A DNA stretch of 64,000 nt from a virus (lineage: Duplodnaviria; Caudoviricetes), in IMG/VR virus record IMGVR_UViG_3300029288_000011, positions 2,669 to 66,668 of that record; one strand, written 5' to 3'. The translations under genes were made by a program, and so were the position numbers. How positions within the stretch are numbered: the first letter of the stretch is position 1; each line of letters starts with the position of its first letter. The notes under the pieces are model-generated. The model was given only the letters and a program-made list of their open reading frames with translations. It was not told the origin of the DNA and searched no databases. Shown here piece after piece: positions 57,412 to 64,000 of this stretch.

Positions 57412-60079
57412 CTTTCACCGTTATGTGAGGCGGGTTTTTCTTGGCCTCTTTAATAATGTCGATTTTGATGTTAGCTACACCCTTTTTGGTTATGCCTAAT
57501 TTGTCTGCTGCGGCCTTGGACAAGTCAAGCACCCTGTTAGGGTATTTATACGGGCCGCGGTCTGTGACTTCAACCACTACACTTTTATTAGTATGCTTAT
57601 CCGTAACTTTGATCTTTGTGCCTAGCGGTAAGGTTCTATGTGCTGCGGTCATTTTGTTCATGTCAAAGGGTTTCTTAGGGTTACCTGCCATTGGTTTCCC
57701 GTGGAATTGCTTACCATACCATGAGGCTTTCGCACCTTGTGGGTGGGAGTCGTGGGTGGCAGACTCATCAAGTTTAGGTTTCTCGTCACGTTGAGCAAGT
57801 GCCTTGAGTGCTTGCGTGGTTGTGAGTGAGCCTTGTGCGATACGTTGGCCTTTGATGGTGATGGATTGTTTTAGGTCAGGGGAGAGGGGGAGGTACCAGA
57901 CTTCTACTTGTTCACCACGTGCCTTTTCATACGCATCAACTAAATTACCACGAGCGTCTCGCAACTGTTGATAAGTTGGTGCTGCATTTGGATCAGCAAT
58001 AGTTGTTTTTATTTTAACTGGCCTAACCCCATACTCCCTCTCAGCCTCTCTAACCATGTACTCATCATAAACCTTCTCGAAAAACTTACCACCTACCAGG
58101 AAGTCCCCGGTTGCGCCGTCGCCGGATATAGCACGACCCGTGCCAGGCCAGTTCTCACTACGCATCTTTGCAACTAAAGCTGACGCGTCTTCTCTGTATC
58201 TTACAATGTCAGTTAACTCACCCATATCGTCGAATATTTTGTACCTGTCATCAGCTTTTTCGTAATATGCACCTCCAGCACGATCTTCAAGTGAATATGA
58301 CTCTGAATCCTTTGGTTTATTTTTAGACGCTGCTGTTGCAATTTTCTCCTGCTCCTCTACAATCCTAGCGACGTTCTTACCAGCGTTATCTTGCAACTGC
58401 TTCATATTCACATAACCCTGATCGAACGTTCTGCCATTAGGAGTCTCAAAGTGGAGAGTGTACTTACCAGTCTTTAAGTCCTTAGTCCAGTTGAAACTAT
58501 TGACTAGCTTGTTGTATCTATCTGCTACGATTCTGCCGGTTGACCATGTTACTGAGTCCTTACCTTCTCGTACGGCTGTGTCGACCCACTCCTTTAATCC
58601 AAGTTTGGCCCATTTGAGGTCTTTGAAAGGGGCGGGTGGAATGTTACTACGTTGTCCGAGATAACCCTGTGCATAGTTCACTAATGAATCTCTATCATAT
58701 GCACCATTTATTTTTGCACCTTCTTCGTCTCTAAGTATGTAGTATTCCCTGTTGTTTAAATCTGGCCTACCAGGAATGTTAGGAGGTTCCTTAGAGATCG
58801 TCCAACCAGTAGGTAGTTCGTCTTTTCCAATAGGTGTTGCATACCCCTCCTCCATCGCCTTCTGGTGTAATGAACTCTGCGTCTCATCCAAGTGCTTAGC
58901 TAACTCACCATTAGGCAACTTTCTATCGTGACCACGTGTGAACATAAACGCATTATCAGCTACGTTACCTGGCCAGTCATGTGGCTCCACGTAGCGTAGG
59001 CCACCTTCAGGAGTGAAGTGGAAGAGACGTTCTTGATAGGTTCCTGGGATGTGACCGGGGAGGTTGAAGGAGGAGTAGTTTTCGGGGCCGTACTTACCAC
59101 CAGCACTACGTTTCTCTAACTTTTCCATCGCATTTGCAACAGCCATTCTTCTATTTTGCAAACGCGTTATATCCGGTTGCCATATTTCGTATCGCTCTCG
59201 ATCCGGTGCTTTTTTATACAACTCGTCGAGTTCGTTGGTTGTCCTAGTAGCTATTCGTTCCAATCTATCACGTGCAGCCTGCAACTTGGGATCAATCGGA
59301 CCAAGCACACTCGGCTCCCCAGTCTCTTTTAGACTCTTACTCCTCACCAACTGCAACATCTCATCCCTACTGACTCTCTGATCACCTAGAGATTTCAGTT
59401 TCTGAAGCAAGCCAGTGTAATTGAGTTCCTCCATGTTGATGAGGTTTTTGTCGGTTGCATACTTCAATGTGCTTAGCATCCCAGTAGCTTTAGGGTTGTC
59501 TGGGATGAAGAGTTTACCAATCTGGCCGGTTTCTAGGGCACGTTCGAGTGGGGAGTAGAACTTAGGACTGCTTGTTAAGCCTGTCTTTGCACCACCAGCA
59601 CCCCCACCAAACGGTATCGTAGCTAAGTCAAAGTTAGCCATTCCTATAGACGTGCGTAACGTCTCACTTGCTTCCTTGGGGTCCATCGCTTGGGTGTAGG
59701 TTAACTCTCTACCAGTTTCAGGGTCTTTGAACTTCCCACCAGCAGCTACATGCGCCCAAAGGTTATAGGCGTTGTTGATGCTACTAACTACTGCTCCTGG
59801 TAGTGCCAACGCAAACTTAATCGGCGCACCAACTATCGCACCCATAACTTCGCCTGTGGTGCGGAGCCAGTCTGGTTGAGGTGCAGGTTGAGTAGGCGAT
59901 TCATAAGCCGGGGGTATGGAGACGAAGGGTTTGTCACCAAGGGGGAGTTGGTTGGTTTGGTCCCCAGCCCCGGCTTGTGGGTTAGCAACTACACCTTCTG
60001 GCGTAGCTGCCATTGCATCACGTTGGTCCTTCCACTTCCTAAATCTCTCAACCTCAATGTCCGTAGGCTCAGTTCGCAC
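57395..60079 (-). CDS. Large multidomain protein with C-terminal RlpA-like (DPBB) lytic transglycosylase domain
   Basis: ASWYG, TAAHRTLPLGT, VTDRGP, LDLSKAAA at about 57450-57740; FYSPLER, DETQS, APFKD...W blocks resembling large phage polyvalent proteins. Confidence 0.85.
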   Translation of the reverse strand: MRTEPTDIEVERFRKWKDQRDAMAATPEGVVANPQAGAGDQTNQLPLGDKPFVSIPPAYESPTQPAPQPDWLRTTGEVMGAIVGAPIKFALALPGAVVSSINNAYNLWAHVAAGGKFKDPETGRELTYTQAMDPKEASETLRTSIGMANFDLATIPFGGGAGGAKTGLTSSPKFYSPLERALETGQIGKLFIPDNPKATGMLSTLKYATDKNLINMEELNYTGLLQKLKSLGDQRVSRDEMLQLVRSKSLKETGEPSVLGPIDPKLQAARDRLERIATRTTNELDELYKKAPDRERYEIWQPDITRLQNRRMAVANAMEKLEKRSAGGKYGPENYSSFNLPGHIPGTYQERLFHFTPEGGLRYVEPHDWPGNVADNAFMFTRGHDRKLPNGELAKHLDETQSSLHQKAMEEGYATPIGKDELPTGWTISKEPPNIPGRPDLNNREYYILRDEEGAKINGAYDRDSLVNYAQGYLGQRSNIPPAPFKDLKWAKLGLKEWVDTAVREGKDSVTWSTGRIVADRYNKLVNSFNWTKDLKTGKYTLHFETPNGRTFDQGYVNMKQLQDNAGKNVARIVEEQEKIATAASKNKPKDSESYSLEDRAGGAYYEKADDRYKIFDDMGELTDIVRYREDASALVAKMRSENWPGTGRAISGDGATGDFLVGGKFFEKVYDEYMVREAEREYGVRPVKIKTTIADPNAAPTYQQLRDARGNLVDAYEKARGEQVEVWYLPLSPDLKQSITIKGQRIAQGSLTTTQALKALAQRDEKPKLDESATHDSHPQGAKASWYGKQFHGKPMAGNPKKPFDMNKMTAAHRTLPLGTKIKVTDKHTNKSVVVEVTDRGPYKYPNRVLDLSKAAADKLGITKKGVANIKIDIIKEAKKNPPHITVKDASSK

Positions 60080-60342
60080 TATGCTTTAGTCCTTGTCATC
60101 TCGTAGAGTCCCGTTGCAGTGGCTCCAGTCATGAAACCCTGCACCAGAAACAACACCACCGTTTGAGGACTCGTCCCGGTTGGAGTGATGTATAACGCTA
60201 CTAAACTAAGTCCCATGCCGATGCCCACAGCAATCCAAGGCTTGGCTTTACTAGAAACCTCCCACGTACCATAGATCATCCTAAGCACGATACTTAGCAA
60301 CACCGAGATTCCTATTGATCCAATTTGGAGTTCCTCTAACAT
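60079..60342 (-). CDS. Holin
   Basis: 87 aa, 2-3 TM segments, GATATGLYE motif. Confidence 0.75.
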   Translation of the reverse strand: MLEELQIGSIGISVLLSIVLRMIYGTWEVSSKAKPWIAVGIGMGLSLVALYITPTGTSPQTVVLFLVQGFMTGATATGLYEMTRTKA

Positions 60343-60344
60343 AG

Positions 60345-60590
60345 TTAGTCTCCCAAATAAGTGAGTGTAACCTGTGCAGCTATTGGGATTTTTGCTCCCA
60401 TGAGACCTTGGTTGATTGCGTCCTCAATGACGCTTTGGAGTTGGACAATTTCCTGGGGTTCGATGTCCTCACCGCCTGCACTCCCCGCTGCCTGTGCACT
60501 TTGCATCCACATAAATACTCGACTTGCAACTCCTGCAAACGCGATAGCCAGTGCTGTGTATTTCATCCATCTTTCAGTTGTCATTGCCAT
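60345..60590 (-). CDS. Small membrane-anchored protein
   Basis: N-terminal hydrophobic helix; RBS AAGGAGG. Confidence 0.6.
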   Translation of the reverse strand: MAMTTERWMKYTALAIAFAGVASRVFMWMQSAQAAGSAGGEDIEPQEIVQLQSVIEDAINQGLMGAKIPIAAQVTLTYLGD

Positions 60591-60602
60591 GATGTAACCT
60601 CC

Positions 60603-60833
60603 TTAAAGTTTGTGTTCGATGTTAGTGTGATACGTCCCACATAGATGCGTCTTATACGCCTCTATTCCCTTTTGCATTAGTTCAATGGTTTTCAGGGTTT
60701 CTTTGGCCCTGACACCTGCATTGTCTGGTCGGTCGTTTTCTAAGTGTTTAATAATCTTCTTCATGGATATTTGCAAAACCTTCAGACTCCTCTCCCACGT
60801 GCAAAGTAGATTGCCGGGATCGTAGACAGTCAT
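60603..60833 (-). CDS. Hypothetical protein
   Basis: Likely start ATG 60833 (ATGA overlap). Confidence 0.5.
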   Translation of the reverse strand: MTVYDPGNLLCTWERSLKVLQISMKKIIKHLENDRPDNAGVRAKETLKTIELMQKGIEAYKTHLCGTYHTNIEHKL

Positions 60834-61018
60834 CGTTTTAGTTCCACCGTAAGCTCCGCGATTCTTTTTATCAGGTGTTCCTCTTTCTGGAGTACGTCTT
60901 TCATTGTCGCTAGGCGTGCCCATTTCTCGCGTGTGGCCTCACCCAGCTCAATCGTTAGTTTAGCCAACACCAGCTTTTTCTCTATCACTTCATATGGTTC
61001 CTTGTTCCAGTTGTTCAT
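60830..61018 (-). CDS. Hypothetical coiled-coil protein
   Basis: Start moved to ATG 61018. Confidence 0.5.
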   Translation of the reverse strand: MNNWNKEPYEVIEKKLVLAKLTIELGEATREKWARLATMKDVLQKEEHLIKRIAELTVELKR

Positions 61019-61022
61019 GATC

Positions 61023-61355
61023 CTACTCCCTAGATTTTTCAACCCGTGCTACCTGTACTGCGAGACCCACCATGTCACGTTGTACGCTATCTACTCGTTT
61101 TTCGACGTCATCAAACTGCTTGCCAAACTCTTTTTTGCACTCTTCGTGCATTTTATCACAGCGCGACTGACCAACCTGTGAGTCAAGTTTCTGTTCGTTC
61201 TTAGTAACGCGCCTATCTAAATCAGCGCGTTTAACTTCCTCAACATCCAACCTTGCCTTTAGAACGTAATAAACAATCGCAGCTCCAGACCCAGTCCCGA
61301 TGGCCCCACTAAGAAATGGCGCCAACATAGAAACCCAATCAGGTGTAGGTGTCAA
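61023..61355 (-). CDS. Membrane-anchored coiled-coil protein, possibly lysis-associated
   Basis: N-terminal TM segment followed by heptads. Confidence 0.65.
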   Translation of the reverse strand: MTPTPDWVSMLAPFLSGAIGTGSGAAIVYYVLKARLDVEEVKRADLDRRVTKNEQKLDSQVGQSRCDKMHEECKKEFGKQFDDVEKRVDSVQRDMVGLAVQVARVEKSRE

Positions 61356-61371
61356 TCAAGTCGAGCCTCCG

Positions 61372-61512
61372 TTAGCAATTCACGTCGAGAATCCGTATCT
61401 TAGGTGCGTCAGGTTTAGGCAACGGCCTGTCGAACCATCCCATCCCGTACGCTGAAGAAGCGAACAGCACTATCGCAAGAAGGATAACTATATATTTTGT
61501 TGATCTTGCCAT
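61372..61512 (-). CDS. 46-aa exported peptide
   Basis: MARSTKYIVILLAIVLFASSAYG...; RBS GGAG; below track cutoff. Confidence 0.5.
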   Translation of the reverse strand: MARSTKYIVILLAIVLFASSAYGMGWFDRPLPKPDAPKIRILDVNC

Positions 61513-61634
61513 TCTCTCCACTCATCGTAATTAACCCACTTGATCCAGATATGACCGCATTTGGGGCATTGAGTAGGCCCAGGCTTGTCCTCATACTCAT
61601 AGCTACATTTCAAACATAGGAACCTAGCCTTCAC
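61488..61634 (-). CDS. 48-aa zinc-ribbon protein
   Basis: CLKC...CPKCG; GTGA overlap; below track cutoff. Confidence 0.55.
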   Translation of the reverse strand: MKARFLCLKCSYEYEDKPGPTQCPKCGHIWIKWVNYDEWREWQDQQNI

Positions 61635-62035
61635 TTACACACCTGTGTAGCGTTCCCGAATTCAGGGGCATCGGGAGTAACAGTCACCCCGCAGTTGATC
61701 GTAACGGACTTTGGTGTGCTCCACCCGTAGGTCAGAGCCTTCGTCCCGTCGCTCCGTGTCACCTCGACAACAGCCCCAAGGCGATACGAAAACGTACCGT
61801 CTGCAAGGCCGGTAATAGTCAAGTTGGTGCATCCCGGGAGACATTGTTGAGCCAAGAGTGAACCGTTCTGCTCAACCACATAATACTTGAACACAGGACT
61901 CATCGAAGCAGGGAATACGCTCGACCTCGGCGTGGGGTCGTCAAGGGATTTCGTCACCTGAATCGTGACATCATGGGCCTGTGCGAAGGTTGCGAAGGCC
62001 AGTACCAGAATCACCGTTGCGAATAGCTTTTTCAT
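61631..62035 (-). CDS. Exported fibronectin-III-like beta-sandwich protein
   Basis: Signal peptide MKKLFATVILVLAFATFAQA; LTITGLADGTFSYRL. Confidence 0.65.
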   Translation of the reverse strand: MKKLFATVILVLAFATFAQAHDVTIQVTKSLDDPTPRSSVFPASMSPVFKYYVVEQNGSLLAQQCLPGCTNLTITGLADGTFSYRLGAVVEVTRSDGTKALTYGWSTPKSVTINCGVTVTPDAPEFGNATQVCK

Positions 62036-62043
62036 AAATCCTC

Positions 62044-63609
62044 CTATTTGAACGTCGTCCCGTTCATAATGCAGCCTTGGGCGGTTGGGGGTGTTGAGCC
62101 ATACTCATACGCCCCAATGTCGTACCCTGCCCCCTGCGGCCTAGTGATAACTGTCGCTAGTCCCGCTCCGTTAATGCAGCCGTTATATGGACTTCCGAGG
62201 GTGTAGCCGTTATTAATCGCATCACCTGACGAAATCGCAAAATAGGTAGTATTTGGGATCATGTCGGTCCCATATGTTCCGCTGAAGCCCGTTGGGATAG
62301 TACCGCCTGTGAAAGCTGGGTTGGTCTTTTTTGCTGAAGTCTCCAAACTGGTTGTGAAGTCATTGACTCCACCATTTCTATGGTAGTTGACACCACCAGA
62401 TTCAACGTGAGTATCGGTGGCACTTGATGATCTATAGTACAGATTATTACTGTGATTTATGTGACTAAAACTGTTTGTTGAGTCCTCCCCAACAAGTATT
62501 GTGGAGGTTGAATTTAAAATATTGTTCTTAAAATCAATAGTACCAGTCGATGCAGTCACCAACGTCCTAAATAGATGTGTAGGTGAGTAACCACCTTGGA
62601 GCATGGTATTATTATAAATTCCGATATTAGCACCTACATAATTACCTGATGTTAAAGACACCATCCCTCCAATGATGATGTTTCCATAAATATATACTGA
62701 ATCAATCGGGTTGTTATAAGCCGCTGGTATTCCTATTGCATTTGGACTTGCATAGATGATATTATATCTAAACACTACATTTTCTGGAGATCCATAATAT
62801 CCACTATAGGTAGGGAGTCCATACGTCCCTACTGCAAATGCTGAAAAATTCCCAATGATATTGTAGATTGTATTGTACTCTAATGTGATATTGTCAGCAT
62901 TGTTAAAACAGTCTATTCCATTTCCCCTATTTGTACCAGATACCTGTCCAGTATCATGAACAGTGTTGCCTCTAACTGTTATGTTATAATTGCGGTTTGG
63001 TATATTGTCTTGCCAGTAATGATAGATAGTTATTCCCTCATGACCCGTATGATGGACATGACAATTTTTTATAGTTACATTACTAACTGTGTGAGAGTCT
63101 CTCGGCCCAAGATGTATCCCATAATAAAACTGCGACCCACTGTCAGTTGTTCTATTATTTGTGACCTCACAGTTATCTATTGTTATATCAGATATAGTAT
63201 AATATAGACCAGCCCTGATCTGCGAGATGTTATGATTGTTGCCATCGACTTTGAAACCCTGGAAAACTACGTTACTCTGGTAAATATCAACCATAGACCA
63301 ACCACTGCTATCTGTAGATGCTTGTAAAGTTGCTCTAGTTCCTGTCCCCCAAGTAGAACCGTCATAAGTAACGCCACTCGCACAAGAAATCATACTACTA
63401 GAGCCTGTCCACGTTTCCTCAGATGCGAAATAGCAAACGTCACCACTCGTACACTCCGTATTCGCCTTAGCCAAGGTCTGCCAAGGGCTTCCGCTCGATC
63501 CATCCCCTGTTGAGTCATTCCCGTCCGTAGCATCAAAATAGTGATTAGCACTCCATGAAACAGAGGGAATCATCAACAAGAAGAATAAAATACAAAGTAG
63601 TTTTCTCAT
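62044..63609 (-). CDS. Exported right-handed beta-helix protein (polysaccharide lyase/depolymerase-like)
   Basis: Start moved to ATG 63609; signal peptide MRKLLCILFFLLMIPSVSWSA; YFDATDGNDS..G....PWQT; TIDNCEV, TIKNCHVHH rungs; YDIGAYEY. Confidence 0.8.
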   Translation of the reverse strand: MRKLLCILFFLLMIPSVSWSANHYFDATDGNDSTGDGSSGSPWQTLAKANTECTSGDVCYFASEETWTGSSSMISCASGVTYDGSTWGTGTRATLQASTDSSGWSMVDIYQSNVVFQGFKVDGNNHNISQIRAGLYYTISDITIDNCEVTNNRTTDSGSQFYYGIHLGPRDSHTVSNVTIKNCHVHHTGHEGITIYHYWQDNIPNRNYNITVRGNTVHDTGQVSGTNRGNGIDCFNNADNITLEYNTIYNIIGNFSAFAVGTYGLPTYSGYYGSPENVVFRYNIIYASPNAIGIPAAYNNPIDSVYIYGNIIIGGMVSLTSGNYVGANIGIYNNTMLQGGYSPTHLFRTLVTASTGTIDFKNNILNSTSTILVGEDSTNSFSHINHSNNLYYRSSSATDTHVESGGVNYHRNGGVNDFTTSLETSAKKTNPAFTGGTIPTGFSGTYGTDMIPNTTYFAISSGDAINNGYTLGSPYNGCINGAGLATVITRPQGAGYDIGAYEYGSTPPTAQGCIMNGTTFK

Positions 63610-63619
63610 GAGCTTGTCC

Positions 63620-64000
63620 TTAGTATGAATAAGTGAAATAAGCCTTACCAAAAAACACATTAGCTATAATAGTTCCGGCCTCGGCCCAATCTGGAAATGT
63701 GCCGTATGTGCATGGATAAAGAACCCCCACTCTATTACCACCACTTGCTTCCTGAAATCTATGCGTATGTCCAGAGGTAGCTTGGGTGCTGAAGCATACC
63801 CAATACTGACCGCCCGCTTCAACTGTCGGTTTTGTAACAAAGGTGAATGTTACATCTGTTGCGCTGGTCGTTATGTCAAGCTCAGTGGATGACCCATTTG
63901 TGAGTAGTGTTGCTGGTTCATTAACATCCGCATCATGTGTATATATAGATAAATACGTCTTTCTATTTACCGATGAACTCAATGTAACCGTAACAGAGTC
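63620..64000 (-). CDS. Beta-rich hypothetical protein (partial, begins beyond the window end)
   Basis: Frame stays open from 63982 to 64000 (DSVTVT...). Confidence 0.6.
   Translation of the reverse strand, partial: DSVTVTLSSSVNRKTYLSIYTHDADVNEPATLLTNGSSTELDITTSATDVTFTFVTKPTVEAGGQYWVCFSTQATSGHTHRFQEASGGNRVGVLYPCTYGTFPDWAEAGTIIANVFFGKAYFTYSY

Noticed and set aside
32400-60644. Plus-strand track ORFs opposite the virion genes (for example 34527-34841, 34857-35288, 48652-49233, 52396-52926, 57441-57794)
   Set aside because: Antisense shadows of well-supported genes
1-64000. Window ends joining directly as a closed circle
   Set aside because: Continuing the 1-2003 frame into position 64000 hits a stop within eight codons and does not match the 63620-64000 frame; sequence is missing between the ends
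1-64000. Integrase, repressor, reverse transcriptase (DGR/retron) or inteins
   Set aside because: No such motifs recognised; terL and polA have normal lengths; they could still lie outside the window

Overview
This window holds most of a tailed dsDNA phage genome (podovirus-like, probably with a Gram-negative host). No integrase, repressor, tRNA or CRISPR array is recognisable. The first and last ORFs run off the window edges. Layout: (i) minus-strand late genes at 1-3.2 kb (tail-fibre-like protein with signal peptide, putative terS); (ii) a control region at 3.2-6 kb with four near-consensus extended -10 sigma70 promoters, an intrinsic terminator and a 310-bp mirror-symmetric origin-like element; (iii) plus-strand early and middle genes at 6-32 kb (small unknowns, Fe-S exonuclease/Sak4-like ATPase/SSB, J-domain and vWA proteins, a sugar-modification cluster, ParB-methyltransferase, UDG-fused family A DNA polymerase, two HNH endonucleases, a PnuC-like protein, an orphan RNR C-terminal domain); (iv) minus-strand virion genes at 32-64 kb (ejection proteins, tail, tailspike, capsid, scaffold, portal, terL, a large RlpA-fused protein, holin, several exported proteins). 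The best candidate for an undescribed system is a phage-encoded glycosylation pathway: an O-antigen-ligase-family gene inside the capsid/tail operon, the 18.4-24.8 kb sugar cluster (including a split glycosyltransferase), and several Ser/Thr-rich proteins with signal peptides. All family names come from motifs recognised by eye and need HMM confirmation.
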